Positions 10,001-16,866 of a DNA stretch of 64,000 nt are shown one piece after another. The position numbers and the translations under genes were made by a program. Each line of letters begins with the position of its first letter. The first letter of the stretch is position 1. Origin of the DNA: Flavobacteriales bacterium (GTDB lineage: Bacteria > Bacteroidota > Bacteroidia > Flavobacteriales_F > PHOS-HE28); the NCBI GenBank assembly GCA_016712535.1, contig JADJQW010000004.1, positions 38,756 through 102,755 on the forward strand. Reading direction: 5' to 3'. Below the pieces are notes generated by a model that had not been told where the DNA came from, did not search any database, and saw only the letters and a program-made list of their open reading frames with translations.

Positions 10001-10172
10001 GAAGGTGGATGATAAATTCACCACCATGTTCATGCAGGAGTTCTATCGGCGATGGAGCGGCAAGGAACGCCATGCGTTCGAGGCGCTGCGCAGCACGCAG
10101 CGGCACTTCGCCGCGATGCCGGAATACGCTTCCCCCCGCTATTGGGCTTCCTTCAATATCGTGGCCCGATGA
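7095..10172 (+). CDS. CHAT-domain (caspase-like) protease with long helical/TPR-like N-terminal region and lipoprotein-type signal peptide
   Basis: C-terminal CHAT dyad context: VNLLHIATHGFF (His) and ELVVLSACQSGQG (Cys). The N-terminus MQGTPMGHSITAFSGSCLLGSMLVLGC ends in a lipobox-like VLGC. An in-frame alternative start exists at 7038, but it would put an acidic extension in front of the signal. Confidence 0.8.
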   Translation: MQGTPMGHSITAFSGSCLLGSMLVLGCTAPKQSLYSRYLTEGRLDLAEAQADTTYAAHYSEHRSSSLPAFQRDSIAGIQFYYDADRYRGCMAFAKHEAAADRARQLLANSLGKNDPYYLDAVMECAYARLLQGRREEGLELAKEVKTKLLADPTLGRDRVGLSDLFTFYMQAQDEATVKEVVRRGLAYYNPAYRTVPDTEGKALLGAPELGAFDRVTDLGAYSRFLNHAALYNWTVLDPFWCEHFYKFDRAFAKWYSSTVRDENVADIAYAHAIAGLGKSSAALELDKRAYLALGKRYKASNVDYAIGATNYASHYLDYATNNCVAMPYAYLDSIYSVDCPKMNGRTNEERMRYIQCSCGQALLRTSAGEPDSALSTLRKAEVAYHLMGMRGRTPESYGGMYAAYTATWFEYWLSTGHYQRCDSLLNVAERIPLTWRIMRPKLAYMRGKLQLAQGDPEAAARTLASHRTVTNTYRNEGLAAFSSRNTRDLLGAYESADALELTALLALPGKEQQLLSILDSRKLKVASAQIQAAHDKRMGFTDEVYDEAYADWHRTKKEIGRIMTDRSATASMLQRARSLEDTLSAQEALLSLLYREWMKDVRDQPGYVDRFTVEAALNPKTAVIDAHRVHLFDAGLTAYEPAYLLMVRRNTGVPTVIRVNDAERIDSLIAVVNERHTQGKDAPEAIQALSDALVAPLSAALGKTSLVYVCGDGALGLLNWSYLWEGSKRFCEDRSIQHVHGMHALRYKEVTGYFDYVREAAFFGAPTYYSSNASREANVTNAARISTAQGEVREFTGKDGVKALPHTQPEIEASARIVKDAPLVAMNERAVKTFLGVDATEANVRSLGKVNLLHIATHGFFEQNEDELMSMYRLNDSLSSFSRDPLLRSGLLLAGSGDYLANGTRSAALDDGLLSAAEIADMDLSKTELVVLSACQSGQGTVATSDGIDGLQSALFIVGAKAVMVSYWKVDDKFTTMFMQEFYRRWSGKERHAFEALRSTQRHFAAMPEYASPRYWASFNIVAR

Positions 10173-11035
10173 ACGCCCGCACAGTTGGCAGGACATCCCT
10201 TCGCTCGTTGAATGCCCTAGGGCAATTGCAGCGGATCGGGTTGTGCATGGCCGTATTCCTCCTTCCGTGGACGGCGTCTGCCCAGGTCGAAGCGGCGCGG
10301 GTTGAGCTACCGCCTCCATTCACACGGGCACAGGAGAAAGCGGTGGAGCTCCGCATAGTTCAAGACGGTGCTACTTCAGAGACCTCCATTTTGCATGCGT
10401 TGCGGACGGCTCTCGGCAAGGACTTACCCCGACAGGCGGCGATCACATTGGTCGCCAAGGATGGAGTGCAACCTTTCGTCCTTGATCGTGTGGACCGGGT
10501 CAAACCTGGTAAGGGAGTGCAGTACACCGTGGTCCGAGGGGATAGTCAGTTGAAGTTCTCTCGTCCTGAGCAGTTGAATGTCTTCTGGAGCGACAGCTTG
10601 GTCGTGGTCGATTCCTTGGTTTTGGACTTTGCGGGACTACGTGGTGCTGGGCCGGGGCAGTTGTATATCACCGTGCAGAACGATGAGCAGATGGTGATGC
10701 CCTCCATCAGGAAGCGAAAGAGTGACCCTGCCCTGCATGTGCTCCGGGATCCTTGTTCCTCCTCGGGTCCTGGTGAACAGGACACAACCTGCGTGCGCAA
10801 CATTCGCCTGACCAGCAGCACAGAGCCAAGGCTGAATGGTTCCGCTCGTTTCATCTTCCTTAGCGCTTACGACCGCACACGGTTGGTCGCCTTTGCCACC
10901 GCGATCAATGAGGCTTCCGGGTTGGACCGGGATGCGCTGGTCGACCGGGTAGAAGCCTTCACCAAGACATACTATGGTCCTCCCATCCGCAGTGATGTTG
11001 AGCGTTTGCTGATAGGTGCAGGTCTTATCCATTGA
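10169..11035 (+). CDS. Secreted hypothetical protein (288 aa)
   Basis: The ATG overlaps the CHAT stop (ATGA at 10169-10172). Signal-peptide-like N-terminus (RIGLCMAVFLLPWTASAQ). No known motif recognised. Confidence 0.55.
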   Translation: MNARTVGRTSLRSLNALGQLQRIGLCMAVFLLPWTASAQVEAARVELPPPFTRAQEKAVELRIVQDGATSETSILHALRTALGKDLPRQAAITLVAKDGVQPFVLDRVDRVKPGKGVQYTVVRGDSQLKFSRPEQLNVFWSDSLVVVDSLVLDFAGLRGAGPGQLYITVQNDEQMVMPSIRKRKSDPALHVLRDPCSSSGPGEQDTTCVRNIRLTSSTEPRLNGSARFIFLSAYDRTRLVAFATAINEASGLDRDALVDRVEAFTKTYYGPPIRSDVERLLIGAGLIH

Positions 11036-12528
11036 GCGTGGAAAAGCTGATCCACTTCCTTGGGTTCTTCCTGATCGTCGGCGTCGTCCTCATCGGGCTG
11101 GCTGGTTTCATCCGGCGGTCACAGCGGAATGCGATAACGTTCACATTAGTGTGGTCTTTGGCCCTGACCACGATCGTAGTGTATTTGCAGTCGTTCCTGC
11201 CGCTGCGGTTCGGTGAGCAGATCAGTTCCTTGGAGTTCGGTGGATTTGTATTGGAAGGCATACACGATTCGCGTTCGAAGGCTGAGAAGTTCCTTGAGCG
11301 CAATTGCACGCTGATCGATGTATCCCAGGACCTGCGATTGATACCAGCGCCCAACCAGATCGACAGCGGCGCATCCGTTGCTGTTACCGATCGGGAGAAG
11401 CTCGCTTCGTTCTTGGAGTACCTGGCGCCTGACACGGCCTTGTTCGACATGGTCATCGTCGATGTGCTTTTCGACATTCCTACAGCGCACGACAAGCCCT
11501 TACAGGCGGCACTAATTGACTTGGCCAAGAAGGGAAAGTTGGCTTTGGCGCACGACGAGCAACTGTGCCGTGATGTATCCTTCTACCACAACGATGAACT
11601 CATCGGCACCTTTGGAGAAGTGGGGGAAAGGGAACAGGATGGCCTCTATTACAAGCATACACTGCTTCGGCGTTCGGTCAAGGGCGATAGGTTGTTGTCG
11701 CTGAGCCTGCCTTACCGCGCGTACACACGCATGAACAAGGTGGAGCGCATCGACCGTTTCAGTGGGCTGTTGGGTTCTGCCCGGGAGCATGGGCCACATG
11801 TGGACCGGTTCATTCGGACCTGGTTCAATCCGATACTACTGGGAGGCACCCTGCCAGAATCAGAAGGCCTTCTGAAGAGGCTGGGGCATGAACTAGGCTT
11901 CGGAAGCGACACCTATTCGCTATCGCATCAGCACGAACTGCAGGCTTTGCGAGGTCTGAACGCCGCCACGCCTCTCGGTCGTTGCACCAACGAGATCATG
12001 GAGGATGAAGGGGCACCATTCCTGCGCGCGATGCTCAAGAAGCGCATGGAAGAATCAGGCCCTCACGTGATCGTCATTGGCAATTTCCTCGATGGTGAAC
12101 GCGACGTCCACCAAACGGCGCATGGAGCCATGCACGGTTCCGCTATCGTCATCGGGGTTCTCCATGAATTGTTGGAAGGAGGGCACCGAGCCTCTTGGGG
12201 CTTCCTGTTGGTTGTTTGGGCCTGTCTTGCGGGTATCACATGGGCGCTGCTTAAGCAATGCAAGACGAATAGCGATCAAAGATCCGTTTCTCATCCCGCC
12301 CCAAGGAGGAGGATGCTCGCGACCATCGGCCACCTTCTATTCGTGGAAGAGAAGCACTACTGGTTCCTGTTCTTGGCCTTTGTCTTGGTGGAGATCTTGT
12401 TCCTGCGCATCGTGAACCTGCTGTCCTTGGTCCTGGTCTTCGCCATCATGGAGGTCGTGTTCCGCGCTATGCTTCAGCCTATCAGTTCATCCGATCAAGT
12501 GAGTACATCGAACAAGTCGACACCATGA
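11032..12528 (+). CDS. Membrane protein with CHASE2-like topology (N-terminal TM, about 350-aa external domain, C-terminal TM cluster)
   Basis: The TTG start overlaps the upstream stop (TTGA). N-terminal TM is LIHFLGFFLIVGVVLIGLAGFI. The segment LFDMVIVDVLFDIPTAHDKPLQAALIDLAKKGKLALA resembles the conserved CHASE2 core. C-terminal TMs are WGFLLVVWACLAGITWALL and YWFLFLAFVLVEILFLRIVNLLSLVLVFAIM. Confidence 0.55.
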   Translation: MSVEKLIHFLGFFLIVGVVLIGLAGFIRRSQRNAITFTLVWSLALTTIVVYLQSFLPLRFGEQISSLEFGGFVLEGIHDSRSKAEKFLERNCTLIDVSQDLRLIPAPNQIDSGASVAVTDREKLASFLEYLAPDTALFDMVIVDVLFDIPTAHDKPLQAALIDLAKKGKLALAHDEQLCRDVSFYHNDELIGTFGEVGEREQDGLYYKHTLLRRSVKGDRLLSLSLPYRAYTRMNKVERIDRFSGLLGSAREHGPHVDRFIRTWFNPILLGGTLPESEGLLKRLGHELGFGSDTYSLSHQHELQALRGLNAATPLGRCTNEIMEDEGAPFLRAMLKKRMEESGPHVIVIGNFLDGERDVHQTAHGAMHGSAIVIGVLHELLEGGHRASWGFLLVVWACLAGITWALLKQCKTNSDQRSVSHPAPRRRMLATIGHLLFVEEKHYWFLFLAFVLVEILFLRIVNLLSLVLVFAIMEVVFRAMLQPISSSDQVSTSNKSTP

Positions 12529-12598
12529 CCTCCACCGCCATCGTCAACAAAGTCTGGAACTTCTGCCACACCCTGCGCGATGATGGCGTGGGCTACGG
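12525..12598 (+). repeat. Direct repeat copy B: first 74 nt of hsdM, one mismatch
   Basis: Identical to 14564-14637 except gat/gac in codon 20. Its ATGA supplies the stop codon of the CHASE2-like gene. It opens a 26-codon ORF that stops at 12603-12605. Confidence 0.9.
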
Positions 12599-12607
12599 CC
12601 GCTGACT

Positions 12608-12922
12608 ATGCCCAAGCGCACCGAACACCGTCGAGACCCAAGTGATGTGGAGATCACGCGTTTCGAGCTGATGCGCATTTTCGATGGCGACGAGGAGTGG
12701 CTGCGCACGCTGGAGCACAATTTCTTCTGCGGCACCTGCCATGTGCCGAACCGCCGCCTGATCAATTACCGGGTGATGGTGAACGATCTGTTCGACATCG
12801 CCCTTCAAGGCACCTGCAATGGTTGCCACACCATCGCCGCCCGCTATGTGGAGACCGGCGAGGATCCAGAGAAGGTGAAGCGGATAAAGGCGGTGCTGCG
12901 GGAACGGAAGAAGGCCCGCTGA
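12608..12922 (+). CDS. Hypothetical Cys-rich protein (104 aa; CGTC ... CNGC)
   Basis: The ATG lies 2 nt after the stop of the truncated hsdM leader ORF. Two CxxC pairs suggest a zinc-ribbon-like fold. No family recognised. Confidence 0.4.
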   Translation: MPKRTEHRRDPSDVEITRFELMRIFDGDEEWLRTLEHNFFCGTCHVPNRRLINYRVMVNDLFDIALQGTCNGCHTIAARYVETGEDPEKVKRIKAVLRERKKAR

Positions 12923-12932
12923 ACGACGGTCG

Positions 12933-12995
12933 GCACTATACTGGACATGCAGCAAATGCCGGATCCGCACATTTATGGCACGCGCAGTATAGTGC
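12933..12995. terminator. Inverted repeat between convergent genes (11-bp arms gcactatactg / cagtatagtgc)
   Basis: Perfect 11-bp arms at 12933-12943 and 12985-12995, lying between the 3-prime ends of 12608-12922 (+) and 13002-13448 (-). The loop is long and there is no T-tract, so terminator function is only a guess. Confidence 0.25.
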
Positions 12996-13001
12996 GGTGC
13001 C

Positions 13002-13448
13002 CTACTTACCCTCCAGTGGGAGTTCCGGCGCAAAGGCCTTCACATCCATCAGCGGAAGCAATGCGCCGTGCAAGGGCGTGCCCTTGAACACGCCGAACAT
13101 GATGCCGCGCGTGGTGCTGATGGCAATGCCGTTGAGCGTGGCCAGCAGATCGGGCGGGATCACCGCGATGCCCTGCTCGTTCTTGTAGACGAGCGTGTTG
13201 AAGTCGGCCACGGAGAAGGATACCGTTGCACTGAGCTTACCCACGGGCACGGCGCTCTTCTGGGTAACGATGTTAACGGTCACGTTGCACAGCACCCAGC
13301 CGTTCTGCTCATGCACGGCGTTCTCAAGGTTCACGCTGAAGTTCAATCCCGAGGCCGCTTCATCCTGTGGAGGCACCGGATGGATGTGCGACTCGTTCAG
13401 CTGAAGGAGGTTCAGGCTGTACTTGTAGGGAGGCTTGGCGTCGCTCAT
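13002..13448 (-). CDS. SecB-like putative chaperone (148 aa)
   Basis: The start ATG overlaps the stop of the HTH gene (TGATG). By eye the sequence can be threaded on E. coli SecB. For example, YSLNLLQLNESHIHPVPP aligns with FQIQRIYTKDISFEAPNAP, NVTVNIVT with RVTVTA, and LLPLMDVKAF with LAPVNFDAL. Confidence 0.45.
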   Translation of the reverse strand: MSDAKPPYKYSLNLLQLNESHIHPVPPQDEAASGLNFSVNLENAVHEQNGWVLCNVTVNIVTQKSAVPVGKLSATVSFSVADFNTLVYKNEQGIAVIPPDLLATLNGIAISTTRGIMFGVFKGTPLHGALLPLMDVKAFAPELPLEGK

Positions 13449-13924
13449 CAGGCAAAGCAGGGTTGCTTCTGTCCATAGTGGTACAGTGGTTCGCTCACCA
13501 TGGGCACAGCCCCGGCAGCGTTGGAGGAACGGCTCACGAAAGCCATTTCGCCCATGGCCACAGTACGGCGCTCTTGCGAGAGGGCAGGTGCTTGCACGCT
13601 GACCGTAGTGGAGAACACCACCCTCTCTTCCTCGGGGCGCAGCAGGTCGGCAACGCTCATACCCAGCGCATGGCCGATGTCCACTAGTGTATCCAAGGTG
13701 AAGTTGTGCCCGCCGCTCAGCCACTTGGTGACCATGGAGGAACCCTTCAAGCCACACGCCTCGGCCAGTTCCTTCTTCTGCATGCGCAGTTCTTCGAGGC
13801 GATCTGCGATGCGCACGGCTGCACGCATCTTGATCGACACCTTCTCCTGCTGCTGGGGCGTGATGCGTGCCAGCAGTTCGTCCAGGATGGCGCTGCGATA
13901 AGGCTCAGGTGTCTTGCTCATCAT
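13448..13924 (-). CDS. XRE-family helix-turn-helix protein with about 60-aa low-complexity C-terminal extension (putative antitoxin)
   Basis: HTH_XRE-like core (LRMQKKELAEACGLKGSSMVTKWLSGGHNFTLDTLVDIGHALGMSVADLL). Overlaps the upstream gene by 20 nt. Confidence 0.75.
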   Translation of the reverse strand: MMSKTPEPYRSAILDELLARITPQQQEKVSIKMRAAVRIADRLEELRMQKKELAEACGLKGSSMVTKWLSGGHNFTLDTLVDIGHALGMSVADLLRPEEERVVFSTTVSVQAPALSQERRTVAMGEMAFVSRSSNAAGAVPMVSEPLYHYGQKQPCFA

Positions 13925-14405
13925 CCAATTCTAATGTGAGGTCACCGGTCCATTCCATCTCGTCGGATGTCCAACCGATCTCACGGTTCTGCATTTTCTC
14001 TTTCATGGCCTTGGAGATGGCGATCATCTCTTCGGCTGCTTGTTTCAACTTCGGGTCATCCTGCCAGGCACGCACCAACTTCGGACCACCTGCCCCCAGC
14101 AGGAGTATCGAGTTCCCGTATCGTATGCCATAGGCGCGTAAGGTGGCGGTCACATCATCGGAGACAGCTACGACCAAGTCGCCCGGCAAGCCTTCGCCAA
14201 TTCGGAAAAGGTCCGTGCGCAAGCCGGTCTGCTGACCCATGGTGCGCAGCTTGGCGACCAGATTCTCGGTCTCTTTGGGGTATTGGGTTGCGCATTCCTT
14301 CAGCAAGGTGTCGAAGAGGCTGGCACTTCCATCGGTCCTCACAAGCGTGTAAACCGTTGCCCGTCTCCCCGAAAGTTGAACGTACTTGACGATCCGATAG
14401 TTCAT
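13905..14405 (-). CDS. Putative toxin component (Gp49/HigB-like pattern, weak)
   Basis: First gene of a three-gene minus-strand operon. The segment LRAYGIRYGNSILLLGAGGPK resembles the conserved R-x-Y ... ivLL-g-f-KK strand of Gp49/RelE-superfamily toxins. The assignment is tentative. Confidence 0.4.
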   Translation of the reverse strand: MNYRIVKYVQLSGRRATVYTLVRTDGSASLFDTLLKECATQYPKETENLVAKLRTMGQQTGLRTDLFRIGEGLPGDLVVAVSDDVTATLRAYGIRYGNSILLLGAGGPKLVRAWQDDPKLKQAAEEMIAISKAMKEKMQNREIGWTSDEMEWTGDLTLELDDEQDT

Positions 14406-14563
14406 CTAAAGCCGAATTTTGGCCCCAGAAGCGAACCGTCCTCGCCAACGATTTCACCCTTAGGTGCATTTTGCGGGTTCAAACCTACAACATTTGACTT
14501 GGTCGGCCCAAGCTTATAATCCGTCGATTTTCCCGTCAAGGTCATAATCCCTAAGCTAGCAGA

Positions 14564-14637
14564 ATGACCTCCACCGCCATCGTCAACAAAGTCTGGAACT
14601 TCTGCCACACCCTGCGCGATGACGGCGTGGGCTACGG
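14564..14637 (+). repeat. Direct repeat copy C (the functional 5-prime end of hsdM)
   Basis: Reference copy for repeats A (6952-7020) and B (12525-12598). Confidence 0.9.
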
Positions 14638-16042
14638 TGATTACCTCGAGCAGCTCACCTATTTGCTGTTCCTGAAGATGGCTGATGAGTACAGCAAGCC
14701 GCCCTACAAGCGCGACACCAAAGTGCCCACCGGCTTCGACTGGCAGAGTCTGCGCGGCAAGAGCGGCGCCGAGCTGGAGAGCCATTACGTGAAGCTGCTG
14801 GACGAGCTGGGCAAGAAGACCGGCATGCTGGGCGACATCTTCGTGAAGGCCCAGAACAAGATCACCGACCCGGCCAAGCTCCACAAGCTGATCCAGCTGA
14901 TCGACGGCGAGAGCTGGGTGCTGCTGGGCGCCGATGTGAAGGGCGATATCTACGAGGGACTGTTGCAGAAGAACGCCGAGGACACGAAGAGCGGTGCCGG
15001 GCAATACTTCACGCCGCGTCCGCTGATCCGGGCCATGGTGGAGTGCGTGCGTCCACTGCCCGAGAAGACCATCGCCGACCCGGCCTGCGGCACCGGCGGC
15101 TTTTTCCTCGCGGCCTACGACCACCTGACCAACCCGAAGAACTTCAAGCTGAACAAGGACCAGCTGAAGTTCCTGAAGTACGAGACCTTCCACGGCTGGG
15201 AGATCGTCACCAGCACGGCGCGCCTGTGCCTGATGAACCTCTTCCTGCACAACGTGGGCGACATGGACCACGAGGCGGACATCACCCGCGATGACAGCTT
15301 GCGCGCGGCGCCTGCGAAGAAGTTCGACTACGTGCTCACCAACCCGCCCTTCGGCAAGAAGAGCAGCGTGACGGTGACTAACGACGAGGGCACGGAAAAG
15401 CGCGAGGCCCTCACCTACAACCGCCAGGACTTCTGGGCCACCACGAGCAACAAGCAGCTCAACTTCGTGCAGCACATCTGCAGCATCTTGAAACCGGGCG
15501 GCACCGCCGCCGTGGTGCTGCCGGACAATGTGCTCTTCGAAGGTGGCGCCGGCGAAACCGTGCGCAAGCAATTGCTGCGCACCACGGAGCTGCACACCAT
15601 CCTGCGTCTGCCCACAGGCCTCTTCTATGCACAGGGCGTGAAGGCGAACGTGCTCTTCTTCGAGAACAAGCCCGGCGCCAAGACCCCCTGGACCAAGGAC
15701 GTATGGATCTACGACTACCGCACCAACATCAAGCACACGCTGAAGACCGACCCGCTCCAGTTCGAAGACCTCACGGAATTCATCAAGTGCTACAACCCTG
15801 CAGACCGTCACAAGCGCAAGGCGACATGGAGCGACAAGTCACCGGAAGGCCGCTGGCGCAAGTACAGCTACGACGAGATCATGACCCGCGATAAGGCCAG
15901 CCTGGACATCTTCTGGCTGAAGGACGACAGCTTGGAGGACAGTGCCAACCTGCCTGAGCCGGGGGTGCTGGCGGCGGAGATCGTGCAAGACCTAGAGGCG
16001 GCGTTGAAGGAGTTCAGGGCAATCGCAGATGACCTCCACTAG
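14564..16042 (+). CDS. hsdM: Type I restriction-modification system DNA methyltransferase subunit M
   Basis: HsdM N-terminal domain (IVNKVWNFCHTLRDDGVGYGDYLEQLTYLLFLKM). SAM motif I (IADPACGTGGFF). Catalytic motif IV (VLTNPPFGKK). Confidence 0.93.
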   Translation: MTSTAIVNKVWNFCHTLRDDGVGYGDYLEQLTYLLFLKMADEYSKPPYKRDTKVPTGFDWQSLRGKSGAELESHYVKLLDELGKKTGMLGDIFVKAQNKITDPAKLHKLIQLIDGESWVLLGADVKGDIYEGLLQKNAEDTKSGAGQYFTPRPLIRAMVECVRPLPEKTIADPACGTGGFFLAAYDHLTNPKNFKLNKDQLKFLKYETFHGWEIVTSTARLCLMNLFLHNVGDMDHEADITRDDSLRAAPAKKFDYVLTNPPFGKKSSVTVTNDEGTEKREALTYNRQDFWATTSNKQLNFVQHICSILKPGGTAAVVLPDNVLFEGGAGETVRKQLLRTTELHTILRLPTGLFYAQGVKANVLFFENKPGAKTPWTKDVWIYDYRTNIKHTLKTDPLQFEDLTEFIKCYNPADRHKRKATWSDKSPEGRWRKYSYDEIMTRDKASLDIFWLKDDSLEDSANLPEPGVLAAEIVQDLEAALKEFRAIADDLH

Positions 16043-16095
16043 TGATAGCACACTCCCAGTGTTCGCGGCTTTGGCATATTGTCATGCGCGCTACT

Positions 16096-16842
16096 TCAGC
16101 CTTCAGCCCCGCCGAACATCTGCCCCATCCCCCGCTTCGCACGGCGTCCGAGCACTTCTGATGTTTCCACCACCTTCCCCTTCACCAGCCACGAGACCCC
16201 GAAGGCAAGCAGCATGACGGTCTCCGGCCAGAAGATGCTTTGCTCCAGGACGAAGCCCGCGATGCCTGCCCAGATCAGGCAGCACGCGATCACGATCCCG
16301 CATGCGCGGTGCAAGGCATTGCGCCGCTGCTTCGATGGGTCCAGCTCTTTGTCGGTGATGGGAAAGAGGAAGTACGACATGTAGGCGAAGCTGATGAAGA
16401 GCGTGGCCGCGCCGATGAAGTGGGCGGTGCCCATGTAGTCTTCCCACCAGGTCAGCGGCGGGTAGTGGCCCTCGACCTCGGTAGGGAAGAAGGCGAGCAC
16501 GAGCGCGCCGATTCCCGCGATGCGCGCGGACAGCCGGTCCTTCCAGCCCGTGGGGTTGTCGTAGCCATCGTAGGTGATCAGGAAGATCCCGAGCGCGACC
16601 ACGATCCCGATGAAGACCGCTTCGGCCCCGGTGTGGTAGTATCCGCTGATACTCTCAAGCAGTGCCCAGCGATCGGCTGCGCCATTCACCGGCCGCCAGC
16701 CTGCGGCAATGAACACCATCAGCGGCAGGGCAATCCCGAGGATGCCGAGCAGTTGGCGGTGCGCATTGCTGGAGAGGTCGTCTTCATTCTCCTCGGGGAT
16801 GAAATCGCTCCGTAGTCGTCGGGTGCTCCTGATCTGTTCCAT
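16096..16842 (-). CDS. Polytopic integral membrane protein (DUF998-like impression only)
   Basis: ATG start and six or so hydrophobic helices (LGILGIALPLMVFIAAGW, AVFIGIVVALGIFLITY, IAGIGALVLAFF, FIGAATLFISFAYMSYFLF, ACGIVIACCLIWAGIAGFVL). Confidence 0.6.
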   Translation of the reverse strand: MEQIRSTRRLRSDFIPEENEDDLSSNAHRQLLGILGIALPLMVFIAAGWRPVNGAADRWALLESISGYYHTGAEAVFIGIVVALGIFLITYDGYDNPTGWKDRLSARIAGIGALVLAFFPTEVEGHYPPLTWWEDYMGTAHFIGAATLFISFAYMSYFLFPITDKELDPSKQRRNALHRACGIVIACCLIWAGIAGFVLEQSIFWPETVMLLAFGVSWLVKGKVVETSEVLGRRAKRGMGQMFGGAEG

Positions 16843-16866
16843 GGTGCGATGTCGGAGGTGCCTGCT

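Noticed and set aside
14494-14520. TTGACT ... TATAAT hexamers 44 nt upstream of the hsdM ATG
   Set aside because: The spacer is only 15 nt. Bacteroidota primary sigma factors are known to use a different consensus (TTTG / TAnnTTTG). I therefore do not call a promoter, although it may matter if the island came from another phylum.
14402-15811. 469-aa minus-strand ORF antisense to hsdM
   Set aside because: Low-complexity antisense translation. The plus strand encodes a textbook HsdM with NPPF and SAM motifs.
1-16042. Looked for an integrase, transposase, IS ends or tRNA-linked att sites that would make the island a mobile element
   Set aside because: No recombinase-like ORF or terminal inverted repeats were seen. 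The only repeats are the hsdM 5-prime copies, so no mobile_element feature is called.
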